From: Gammaproteobacteria bacterium
Lineage (GTDB): Bacteria > Pseudomonadota > Gammaproteobacteria > Ga0077536
Length of the DNA stretch: 64,000 nucleotides
Assembly: GCA_016191285.1 (NCBI GenBank)
Contig: JACPPA010000057.1
Span: forward strand, 977-64,976
Direction: 5' to 3'
Part shown: positions 21,247 through 30,415 of the stretch, in pieces
Numbering within the stretch: the first letter of the stretch is position 1
Layout of the letters: every line of letters begins with the position of its first letter
The notes under the pieces: generated by a model
The model's input: the letters and a program-made list of their open reading frames with translations, nothing else
Databases searched by the model: none
What the model was told of the DNA's origin: nothing
Program-made: the position numbers and the translations under genes

Positions 21247-21900
21247 CTACCGTTGGCCTAATTCCCTCAGGCCCGGTAATGCCATTGGCGGCGGCGCGGG
21301 CTCGTTGACAGTTTGAGCGCCGCGCCGGCTGCGCTGGGCAGGCGTCACTTGTTCACGCCGCCTATGGTTCGGCGCAAAGACGCCGTGGTAACGCGTAAGA
21401 GCCTGCCCCGGACTTGATCCGGGATTGACTCTCGGCGTCGGCACCAGGGCTGCGAGTCGAGCAATGAAGTCGAATGGCTCGAACACCCCGTCCGTCGTGC
21501 CATCCCGGTAAGGGGTCTTGAGGCGGTACCGAACGTGGCCTTGAGTCGTTAACGACAACCGCTCAGTCGAGACTGCCGGGCGTGATATAGCGGCACAGGC
21601 GCTCTAGTTTCTCGCGTTCATGTGCCTCGCTCGTCATCCCGGTGTGTAACGAGAACCCGGCTGCTTTCGCGACCGAATTGTTGTCCTCTACTGCGGCGAC
21701 TGCCGGCAGCGTCTGCAAGGCAAACGCTTTGCGACCCTGGCGCGGGCCGAGCGCAATCCGGTAAGTAACGGAATGACCCAAGAGATCATCGAAGCCCGCG
21801 CCGTCAGGCGAGTCCGCAGTCAAAAAGCTATTCTTCAAGACCCGTACCAGCAGGCATTGGTCTTCGAGTGCGCGGCCAACCCGCTCACTGATGGCGCGAA
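21247..21900 (-). mobile_element. IS91/ISCR-family rolling-circle transposase remnant
   Basis: GFSLHTG..EREKLERLCRYIT; LKTPYRDGTT..FEPFDFIARLAALVP.PRVN..LTRYHGVFAPN; frameshifted and truncated. Confidence 0.85.
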
Positions 21901-22387
21901 TCAATTTAAGTTTTTCCGAGCGAGGGTCGGATGACAGTAGATAAGTCTCCGGCACCCACCGCAAACAATCGAATAATCGAATCTCCGGCACCAGTTACTC
22001 CTGTGCCGCGTGAAGCGCACCGTCTCGTCATTCCGGAAGTCGCGCAGCGACTTCCGGAATCTATCGCCTTGCGGTAGTCGTGTATCAGGGGCGGTCACAA
22101 CTGTTTGTGTGCCGCACTCGTCGCAGAACTTCGCGGCAGGCGAAGTTAGCTCCACAGGCAGCGCCGACGCGATTTTTTTAGCGAACCGCGCGGACACTGC
22201 GGGGTCCGCTTTGTCGGCTACAAACTGGAACGATCGGAGACCGTTCGTGACCGAAGTCTCCTAGTCGCAAATTACCGGCGCCACAAAGCGTATCGCAGTC
22301 CGACGCTTCCGCGTCTTCCTTGAAAAGTAGACTTGTGAGATCAAATTCCTTACTCTAATGTAAGGAATACTCAATCGGAGCCTGCTT

Positions 22388-22630
22388 ATGACAACAGCCA
22401 CCCTCACGAGCAAGGGGCAGATCACAATCCCTGTCGAAGTGCGTCAAGCCCTAGGTGTGGATACCGGTGACCGAGTGGAATTTGTTGAGGTAGCGCCTGG
22501 GCGCTACGAATTCATCGCAGCCACGCGGTCAGTCACTGCATTGAAAGGCATGTTCGGCAAACCCCGCAAAACGATATCGATTGAGGAGATGAATACAGCC
22601 ATCGCCAGGCGTGGCGTGGCCGCCAAATGA
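22388..22630 (+). CDS. AbrB/MazE/SpoVT-type antitoxin (VapB-like)
   Basis: TLTSKGQITIPVEVRQALG..GDRVEF. Confidence 0.9.
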   Translation: MTTATLTSKGQITIPVEVRQALGVDTGDRVEFVEVAPGRYEFIAATRSVTALKGMFGKPRKTISIEEMNTAIARRGVAAK

Positions 22631-23022
22631 TGGGGCTCGATACTAACGTTGTGGTGCGCTACATCATGCAGGACGACGTCAAGCAGGCTCTGAAGGCTAC
22701 GCAGCTTATCGAATCGCTTTCTGCGGAGGAACCTGGCTTCGTGCCGCTGATAGTGATCGTGGAACTCGGGTGGGTACTGTCATCGGCGTACGCACTCAAT
22801 AGAGACCAACTTTTCGAAGCATTCGAGGGGTTGCTTCGAACCAAAGAATTGATCGTTGAGCGCGCGGAAATCGTGTGGAAGGCGTTGCGCGTTTTTCAAA
22901 CCGCAAACGCGGATTTCGCAGACTCCCTGATTACGTGCTCTGCGGCAGCCGCCGGATGCGCGAGGATAATGACCTTCGATCGCGTCGCCGTAAAAAGCGG
23001 CGGTATGTCGCTGCTAGCTTGA
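22627..23022 (+). CDS. PIN-domain toxin (VapC-like)
   Basis: LDTNVVVR...VELGWVL...ADFADSLI...TFD; ATGA overlap with antitoxin. Confidence 0.9.
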   Translation: MMGLDTNVVVRYIMQDDVKQALKATQLIESLSAEEPGFVPLIVIVELGWVLSSAYALNRDQLFEAFEGLLRTKELIVERAEIVWKALRVFQTANADFADSLITCSAAAAGCARIMTFDRVAVKSGGMSLLA

Positions 23023-23431
23023 TTCAGAACATAGCGCCGCCACTGTTAGGTGGACCTTGCTCCAACGATTCCTAGTCAAGACGCGACGGGTCTCTCCAGT
23101 TGCTGCCCAGATCCTGGTTTGCAGCATTCAAGCAACGACATTCCATCGCCGATAATTAGCTAGGGAAATTTCAGCGTCACTGACCCCTTGATCGCCTTGA
23201 TCGTTGGAACTGACTGCGTTGGACGACGGCGTCTACTGCTCGATCTGCAGAATCAGTTGAACAAACGCCTCCACCGCTCGTCGGGGTCGGCGGGGACTCG
23301 TTTTCCTTAAACGAAACGCTCGGCGACGAGGTATCGATCGTGGATTTCAGCACCTTGCGTGCTTACGACGAATATGCCAAAACAGTCTTATCGGTCTGGG
23401 GAGATCGGATGGGGGAAGGCTGTAGGCCAGT

Positions 23432-24454
23432 TCAGACCGCCGGGTGAAACTTATCGTAGAAAAGATGATCGGCGCGAATTCCTTTTGCTTCTAAAAGTGT
23501 CCCAACCGCGTCACACATCGCAGGTGCGCCACACAGATAGGCGTCGAAGGGTCTTGCGTCGCCGAGAGCGCGCTGTAAGGCGTGCGTCACCCGGCCGCGT
23601 TGTCCATTCCAGTCGGCGCTGCCTCGCGTGAGACTTGGTACGTAGCTCAGGCGCGAGCCCATGAGCTCCTGCAGTTCAGCCAACTCGTGCTGGCAGGGTA
23701 AGTCCTCGTTAGTTCGCGCGCCATAGTGGAAAATAAAGGGACGCTGATCATTGCGTTCGGCCGCGGCCGCGAGGATTGATAGGATCGGAGAGAGTCCCGA
23801 TCCGGTCGCGCACAGTAGCACCGGCTCTGCACCCGCCCGCAGATAGCTCGTGCCGAAAGGCCCGCGTACCGCAAAGCGCTCGCCGATCGCGAGCACCGGT
23901 AGCTGGCTCGAGAAAGCACCTTCAGGGACCCGTTTGATGATGAACTCTAGGGCGAAGGGCCTCGAAGGTGATGAGGCGATCGAGTATGACCGCCGCAACG
24001 CTGCCCACGGTGGCGTCAATTCGACGAATTGACCTGGATAGAACGGCAGTGGTTCCGATAAGGTCAGCACCAGTCGCCAGAGTGCCGAAGTGAGCTGCGC
24101 GATGCTCTCAACTTCGGCCACGACGTCGCGCGGCAATAGCATCGGTGCAGCGCGCGCATCAGAACCCCCCTGTCCCTCAATAACGAGATCGCTCGCCGGC
24201 CGTGCGCAGCACAATAGTGCGTAACCTTCCTCACGCTGGGCTTCGCTTAGCGAGTAAATTGACGCCCCACCGTGATCGACGTCGCCTTCTTGCAGAAAGT
24301 ATTTGCAGCTCGAACAGTTGCCGTGACGGCAGCCGTAATTGAGAGCGACGCCTTGGCGCAAAGCGGCATCGAGCACGGATTCGTTCGCCGAGACCTCGAA
24401 GCTCGTGCCGTCTGGGTCGATGCGTGCCCGATAAGTGCTTATAGCTTGACTCAC
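23432..24454 (-). CDS. SDIMO reductase (2Fe-2S + FAD/NAD domains)
   Basis: YGCRHGNCSSCK...LLCC; RSYSIAS; ATGSGLSP; YLCGAP. Confidence 0.92.
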   Translation of the reverse strand: MSQAISTYRARIDPDGTSFEVSANESVLDAALRQGVALNYGCRHGNCSSCKYFLQEGDVDHGGASIYSLSEAQREEGYALLCCARPASDLVIEGQGGSDARAAPMLLPRDVVAEVESIAQLTSALWRLVLTLSEPLPFYPGQFVELTPPWAALRRSYSIASSPSRPFALEFIIKRVPEGAFSSQLPVLAIGERFAVRGPFGTSYLRAGAEPVLLCATGSGLSPILSILAAAAERNDQRPFIFHYGARTNEDLPCQHELAELQELMGSRLSYVPSLTRGSADWNGQRGRVTHALQRALGDARPFDAYLCGAPAMCDAVGTLLEAKGIRADHLFYDKFHPAV

Positions 24455-24765
24455 GCGGACGTTACAGGCTCAAAGTCGAGCATCTGCGAGGTCACCCGAA
24501 ATGTTCTCGGATCGGTCATCACGCGGCCGACGAAACTCGACATCACCACCAGCCAGTCCCCGAGCGAGATGAATTCACCCAACTCCTGACCGACCCGGTC
24601 GAGATCGATCACGATCTCGTCGTCGCGCGTCGCGATCATCCAATACGGACCTAGATCTTCGATCCCGATCCGCGGGTGATCGGCGCGCAACACATCCAGG
24701 GTCGCGTCGGCCTCCGCGCTTTTGATCAAGACCACGGCCACGCGGTTACTTTCTGCTACTGACAT
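24451..24765 (-). CDS. SDIMO coupling/effector protein (MmoB/DmpM family)
   Basis: VAVVLIKSAEADA...WLVVMSSFVGRV; 104 aa between beta subunit and reductase. Confidence 0.88.
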   Translation of the reverse strand: MSVAESNRVAVVLIKSAEADATLDVLRADHPRIGIEDLGPYWMIATRDDEIVIDLDRVGQELGEFISLGDWLVVMSSFVGRVMTDPRTFRVTSQMLDFEPVTSA

Positions 24766-25807
24766 GGTCGTCTCCTGGTGAGGTCAGTCCGCACGAGGCG
24801 ACTAACTTGGTTTGGGCGGCCGCCGCCGCTTCGACCAGTGATTCGATCGCAAACAGGGGCTGTGGAATTTGTCGCGCAATCGGTGCGAACGCGGCCGCTG
24901 CCGCCAGTGCTTGGGGCCGCCAGCGCGCTAACCACGTCTGCAACACGCTCCGGTTCTCGGTCGCCGCCGGGCAATCCGCCGCGGTCACCATGCGCACGAA
25001 CTCCGCAGTCCACGCAAGATTGCGCCGACGGTCGCGTTCGGCACTCGTGACGATGAAGGGCGTAATTGAATCGCCATTCAATGCCGATGGCTTCCGCACC
25101 AAGTCACCCAGCGCGACTTCGCTCACGAGCGGTGCAACCACGAGATTGACCGCGACCGCAAGCTCGGCCCAGTCGGTGCACACGATCAAGCGTTCAACCA
25201 ATTGGCGCGCCGGTTGGTAGGCAGGATCAGAGAGCCAGCGCGCCTTCGCGTCACCCTCGCGGAAGCTCGGCACCGACTCTTCGATGGCAAGCAAATGACT
25301 CACGATGGCCTGTCCATGACGCATGTGATCGAAAGCCTGGAAACACAATGCGTTGCCGAGCGTATCGGACAGCGCCTCGCGCTGCGCTGTGGCAAACGCC
25401 CGAAACAGACCGTATTCGAAGAAGGACCATACGCGATAATGGCCAGCAAGGATTCGATCGCGCCAAGTGGGCTCGATGGCCGTAAAACTACCGTCAGCTG
25501 CCGCATCCTCGGCTAACCGCTCGATGGCGCGCTCCTGCTCGGCTTGCATACGTATATACGTACGTTGCCAGTGTTGCGCCGGATCGCGAAACGCAAACCA
25601 GTTCGGGTGAGCGAGCGCGGTTGATTCGGGCCGCCACGGCGCGCGCCCATCGGGCGCTAGTAGAAAGTGCCCACCCTTGTCGAAGCCGCCGGTCTCCCAT
25701 TGCTGATGGACAGTCACCGCTTCGTACTCGGTGAGGCGACGTTTGCGCGGTTTGATGAAGATGAAGTCGCGTCGTTCGTTGCTTGCGAGGTTGATCTGGG
25801 CGTTCAT
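24746..25807 (-). CDS. SDIMO hydroxylase beta subunit
   Basis: RRRLTEYEAVT-like, WFAFRDP..WQRTY, FQAFDHMRHGQ, DWAELAVA. Confidence 0.9.
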   Translation of the reverse strand: MNAQINLASNERRDFIFIKPRKRRLTEYEAVTVHQQWETGGFDKGGHFLLAPDGRAPWRPESTALAHPNWFAFRDPAQHWQRTYIRMQAEQERAIERLAEDAAADGSFTAIEPTWRDRILAGHYRVWSFFEYGLFRAFATAQREALSDTLGNALCFQAFDHMRHGQAIVSHLLAIEESVPSFREGDAKARWLSDPAYQPARQLVERLIVCTDWAELAVAVNLVVAPLVSEVALGDLVRKPSALNGDSITPFIVTSAERDRRRNLAWTAEFVRMVTAADCPAATENRSVLQTWLARWRPQALAAAAAFAPIARQIPQPLFAIESLVEAAAAAQTKLVASCGLTSPGDDHVSSRK

Positions 25808-27327
25808 GCGAGGCCCTCCGCCGGAAGATCGCGCAGCGGATCGCGGATCTCGATCTTGAGTGCGCGGATATCGTCCAAGGTCCAGCGACGATGGTCATCG
25901 AGGTGCGGTTGCGCGATAAGCGTCTTGCCATCGGCGCGCAGAAACCCGTTCTGTTCAATGAAATCGGCGAGATCCATGCCGTCGAACTCTTCGAACAACG
26001 TTGGCGAACCGAGATAGCGGTGCGGCTCCTCGCGGAAGATGTGCTCGCACGCTGCTGAGCAGAAGGCGTGCTTGCGACCATCTATCAGACGCACGCGCGC
26101 GGTCGAAATATCAGGTCGCGGAAACACGCCAGGCATATGGCATACGCGGCACAGCGTCGGTAGGTGTTCGAACATCTGCATCGGTACCATACCGGAAGCT
26201 GGATCGCTCATTCGGCGATAGTCTTCCCAGAATTTGCCGTAATGACCGTACCAACCGGGATACTTCTTTTCGAACCAGTCGAAATCGCGTTCGGTCAACG
26301 GATCGTGCCGCCAGAATTGGAGTGGCCAAGCGGCAAATACCGCCATTGCCGCGCTGTGTCCGACCCACGGCAGACGTTCGCGCGCATCTTCGAACCAGCG
26401 CGGCACCTGCAAGCCGAAGGGTTCGAGCTTGCGGATGTAGGCACCGGCCCAATCCTCTTCCACCCACTCCCGCCACTTTTCGAGATACGAGCTCGTGCGC
26501 TCCTCTTGGAAGTAGTCGTAGACTGCCGCCAGCAGCGGATCAAGAAAATTGTGTTGGCGCCAAAAGGCGCGATCGAAGTCGCGCTGCAGGTGGGGCAGAT
26601 TGTCGGGCTCGGAGCAGATGGCGGCGAGCGTCGAATAACCGTTCGCCATGTGCCGCGCTTCATCCGACTGAATGCTGAGAAACACCGTCGGCGTCGCCTG
26701 GTCGCCGTTAGCCGCGGCGATTTCGGTCATCGCAACGAACAGCGGATTAGTGAACGCGGTCTCGGTCACGACCTGCAGATTCAACGCTCCTTCAACCGGA
26801 TCGGCGTTGAAGAAACCCTGCAACGCGGCGCGACCGGTGCGACACTGGATATTTTTCGAGCGCAACGCGAAGCCCTGGGCGAAACCTTCAGGGTCCGGCG
26901 CGTGCCGCGCGAGATAACGGGTGAGATGCGCGATCTGATTGTTGTGCCGGACCTCGTCGATCATTTGCGCCATATAGCCCTGGCGAAGCTCGGCATTTTC
27001 GACGGCATCGATGAGCTGGCCGGTCGATTTGATCGCGGCGTATTCGCCGAAACCGGTGACAGGTAACACCAGCTTGAGAATTTCGGTCCAGCGCTGTGAC
27101 GCCTTGCCTGGCAACCCGGCTCTCGCCATCACGTCAGACATCGCACCATATTGGCGGTCGTCCTTCTCCTGCTCCATCGAGCAGTAGTCGCGAATCAAGT
27201 GCCGGAATGGATCCTTAGTCCGGGCAGGGATTTTATATTTGGTCGGATAGCGGTTGGGCTTGTCGACGTAAGAGAGCTTCCAGTCGAAGTTCTTGACGCG
27301 GTCATGAGTCTCGATGATGTTCTGCAC
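25804..27327 (-). CDS. SDIMO hydroxylase alpha subunit, group-6 propane monooxygenase (PrmA)-like
   Basis: GTG start after GGGGAA; YPTKYKIP..TKDPFR, EKDDRQYG, DEVRH and SDEARHMANG di-iron motifs, WFEKKYPGWY, C-terminal YHS-like region, LRADGKTLIAQP. Confidence 0.93.
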   Translation of the reverse strand: MQNIIETHDRVKNFDWKLSYVDKPNRYPTKYKIPARTKDPFRHLIRDYCSMEQEKDDRQYGAMSDVMARAGLPGKASQRWTEILKLVLPVTGFGEYAAIKSTGQLIDAVENAELRQGYMAQMIDEVRHNNQIAHLTRYLARHAPDPEGFAQGFALRSKNIQCRTGRAALQGFFNADPVEGALNLQVVTETAFTNPLFVAMTEIAAANGDQATPTVFLSIQSDEARHMANGYSTLAAICSEPDNLPHLQRDFDRAFWRQHNFLDPLLAAVYDYFQEERTSSYLEKWREWVEEDWAGAYIRKLEPFGLQVPRWFEDARERLPWVGHSAAMAVFAAWPLQFWRHDPLTERDFDWFEKKYPGWYGHYGKFWEDYRRMSDPASGMVPMQMFEHLPTLCRVCHMPGVFPRPDISTARVRLIDGRKHAFCSAACEHIFREEPHRYLGSPTLFEEFDGMDLADFIEQNGFLRADGKTLIAQPHLDDHRRWTLDDIRALKIEIRDPLRDLPAEGLA

Positions 27328-27486
27328 AGGATTCCCCGCAACTTGATGAGTGGTAGGTGCGACCCGCGGTGTTGGGATGCTCCCACTCGCCGCTAATTTC
27401 GCCTGCGGTGCACGATAGGGGGTAACGAATTGACAAAAAACAGCTCCGGGTGACATTGTTGTTGTCGTTTGGTGACGATGTGAGCG

Positions 27487-28521
27487 ATGCGCCCATCCGA
27501 AATCGACCGCCTGCTGATGCCAAACACTTACGTCAAACAACTGGCGCAGGAGTTCGGCGATCACGCGCGTCTCACTGCCGGCACAGGTATCGCATCCACC
27601 GAGATCGAGCACTACGCGAAACCCGTCACCGTCGCGCAGCATCTGCAGGTCGTGCGCAACGCGTTAGCCATCGCTGAGCGCCCAGAGTGGTATCTGCAAT
27701 GGGGCCAACGCATGGGAGAACATTTTCACGGCGCCGTCAGCGCGGCCTGGCTCAGCGCGCCGACTTTAGGCGCGGGCCTCGATGCATTCCTGAAATACAT
27801 TCCAAGCCGAGTACCTTACCTGCATTGGCAAGGGCATCGCGATGACGAGACGTTCTGCGCCGAGGTCACGGAGTTGGTTGACCTCGGACCCGTACGCGCC
27901 ATGCTGATCGAGGTTCCGATGATCGTGATGCACGAGTACACGCGAACGATCCGCCCGGGTTCCATAGCCGGGGCGCGGATCGAGCTTGCCTACCGGCCGA
28001 CGCCGCACTGCTACCTCTACTCCAACTGGTTCCAGTGCCCGGTGGCGTTCGAATCGTCGCGCAATGCGCTGGTGATCCCGCACCAGTGGCGTGCGATCGA
28101 TAACGTCGGCTTCGATGAAGGAGTGTGGCAGGCAGCGCTGGCTCGCTGCGAGATTCTATGCGCGACGACGGAGGAACGAGATGCCCTCACGAGGGTTCGA
28201 CAGCTGCTGTTCGATGGCTTCGAGCGGCGGCTCAACGACGGCTCACCGCCGAGCCTGGAGACGGTCGCGGAGCGCTTGCATTGCTCGGCGCGTACCTTGA
28301 TTCGCCGACTGCGGAGTATGGATACCACTTATCAGCAGGTCATCGACGAAGTGCAGCAGCAGCGCGCACGCGAACTACTCAGCAATGAGCGGCTACGCAT
28401 CCACGAAGTCGCTGCGGCCCTGGGCTATCAAGACGCCGCGGGGTTCGTTCGTTCTTTCAAGCGCTGGTATGGTATGACGCCCGGTGATTATCGCAAGCAG
28501 ATCGTGGATCCACCGCTCTGA
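27487..28521 (+). CDS. AraC-family transcriptional regulator, divergent from the SDIMO operon
   Basis: SAPTLGAGL, FQCPVAF, SARTLIRRL, LGYQDAAGFVRSFKRWYGMTP. Confidence 0.9.
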   Translation: MRPSEIDRLLMPNTYVKQLAQEFGDHARLTAGTGIASTEIEHYAKPVTVAQHLQVVRNALAIAERPEWYLQWGQRMGEHFHGAVSAAWLSAPTLGAGLDAFLKYIPSRVPYLHWQGHRDDETFCAEVTELVDLGPVRAMLIEVPMIVMHEYTRTIRPGSIAGARIELAYRPTPHCYLYSNWFQCPVAFESSRNALVIPHQWRAIDNVGFDEGVWQAALARCEILCATTEERDALTRVRQLLFDGFERRLNDGSPPSLETVAERLHCSARTLIRRLRSMDTTYQQVIDEVQQQRARELLSNERLRIHEVAAALGYQDAAGFVRSFKRWYGMTPGDYRKQIVDPPL

Positions 28522-29449
28522 GTGGCGCTTCTTCAGCGTGGATTGTGAAAGGTAAGGATAACGGCCTCATATAGCGCATTCGACTAACTTCAACCACCGC
28601 TGATGCTTCGGGAGTAGCCGGTAACCGCCCGACGTACTTGACCATCCGCTAGGCGAACGTTAATGAACACAAGACTAGGCCTCCCGATCAAAGGTGCCCG
28701 CGTCATTAGCGAGCGCAGCGCGGTAATGACGCGGGCGAAAACCTGAAGCACGGCGCGACGTTGCGGAGAGATTTCGGAAGGACGCGCGAATGACGCCGTC
28801 CGTAAATATCAACGGCGTAGAAATTGAAGATCGATTTCTACGCAGCACGACTAATAGGCCGACGGCAGATGAGCGCTTAGACGCTAGGTCAAGAGCCGGT
28901 CTAGTTCGGCATAGCAAAACACGTGACGCAACGTAGAGGCATTGCGTTGATAACGCGATGAAGCGAGTCATAGTCGCGCTTTCAGCTCTGCAGATTAAGC
29001 GCTTCGTAAACTGAAGATCGCGTCGATGCGCGGGCAAATGATGAGCCAATGTGAGTCGAGATGAGTCAACAATATCCGAAGTGATACAACATGCATTTCG
29101 CTGAAATTAGAAAGAAATAACGCTGAAAATATTTCCGCTTTTCAGCGTGCAATTTTAATTTCTTGCGCTATCATTTCCATCGTTGATTTTATGCGTGGCC
29201 ACGACGCTTACTCGTGGCAAATAGGCATCATCGCGATCTAGGAATGATGCGTCAGTCGTAAGGCTGTGGTCGCTGTTCGGATGAATGCTTGTCGTTCGTC
29301 CATTACCTCTCACACGTGTCAGACGGCCTGTGCTCAGGGTTCGTGCTGTTTGTTCGCGTGTTCTTCCACTCAACGGGATTTCTCCCGTTATTCCAAATGC
29401 GGTGCGTGAGCGCCGTACGCTGTTGAGTTTCTCGGGGTCAGAGTTGTTG

Positions 29450-29776
29450 ATGCGTACCTATCACGGTCATTCGATGACGATGATGAACAACTCGGCGTGG
29501 CAGGCAGCGCGGGTGCGCGTGGGGATGACACAGGTGCGGGTTCACGATCTCAAGCACACATTCGGTCGGCGGCTACGCGCGGCCGGTGTGAGTTTCGAAG
29601 ATCGACAAGACTTGCTTAGACATAAGTCTGGACGCATTACGACACACTATTCAGCAGCGTAATTAGAGAATCTGATTGAAGCTGCAAACAAGGTGTGTGC
29701 GATGCAGTCCCGCAAAAGTCCCGCACTGGTGTTGTTGAAACAAAAAGCGGCTACCAGTGGCTTGGTAACCGCTTGA
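29450..29776 (+). pseudogene. Tyrosine integrase C-terminal remnant
   Basis: VHDLKHTFGRRL...LLRHKSGRITTHY (HxxR-like, H, Y); in-frame TAA at 29660; adjacent to tRNA 3' end. Confidence 0.85.
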
Positions 29777-29791
29777 TAGTTAAAAGCTAGT

Positions 29792-29893
29792 TGGCGCGCC
29801 CAGAGAGACGGATTCGCGTGCGCTTGTTGCGCACGCTCACCCCTTCGGGGCGCGCTGCGCGCGTCCAAACTCGCTTTGCGAGTTTGTCGAACT
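29792..29893 (-). repeat. Duplicated tRNA-Arg 3' end (att-like) split by a 77-nt hairpin insert
   Basis: TGGCGCGCCCAGAGAGAC identical to 29961-29978; TCGAACT resumes at 29887. Confidence 0.75.
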
Positions 29894-29924
29894 GGGGAGT
29901 TCTTGTTTGCGCTGGGTACTTCAA

Positions 29925-29959
29925 ATTAAGAAAACCGGGATTAACCCGGTCTTCTTAAT
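29925..29959 (-). terminator. Hairpin immediately downstream of the tRNA
   Basis: ATTAAGAAAACCGGG-ATTAA-CCCGGTCTTCTTAAT. Confidence 0.55.
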
Positions 29960-29960
29960 T

Positions 29961-30037
29961 TGGCGCGCCCAGAGAGACTCGAACTCCCGACCACCTGGTT
30001 CGAAGCCAGGTACTCTATCCAACTGAGCTATGGGCGC
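29961..30037 (-). tRNA. tRNA-Arg (anticodon TCG)
   Basis: GCGCCCATAGCTCAGTTGGATAGAGTA-CCTGG-CTTCGAA-CCAGG-TGGTCGGGAGTTCGAGTCTCTCTGGGCGCGCCA, 77 nt, CCA encoded. Confidence 0.95.
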
Positions 30038-30415
30038 GTGCGGAGTATTCTGACGGTCGTGACGGTTGGTAAGCAACCGATCAACGAAAAGCTACCAACT
30101 GTGGATACGGAGTTGCTGCCACTGGCGCGCTGGGCGCGCGGTTCACGCGCATCGCTTCGCACGTGGGGTCTTATGGTGCGCCAATAAATGCACAACAAAC
30201 GTCAATCAAGTCGCGCTCGCACCGGAGTATCGGGATTTCCCCTGACAACGTGGGCGCCGAAGGCTAGCAGCGGCCGTCGCAAGTTGCGACAATGCGCGCG
30301 CCCTGCGGCCGCCCGATACGCGGCCGCAGGGCGGGGTTTCAGCAAAGTCTCGGCTTTTGTAATCGCTTCCTCTGCGCTACGCCATTGGGAATGACCCACC
30401 CGCGGGTTCTTAGTC

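Noticed and set aside
22090..22200. Zinc-ribbon protein (AKFCDECG)
   Set aside because: Only a frameshifted N-terminal scrap; not callable as a gene.
27328..27642. 105-aa N-terminal extension of the SDIMO alpha subunit
   Set aside because: Overlaps the divergent AraC gene; homology starts at GTG 27327, which has an RBS.
28530..29440. ORFs in the AT-rich stretch before the integrase relic
   Set aside because: No recognisable motifs in the frames I read; probably decayed island DNA.
29960..30187. ORF MARPERLELPTTWFEARYSIQLSYGR
   Set aside because: Antisense translation of the tRNA-Arg gene.
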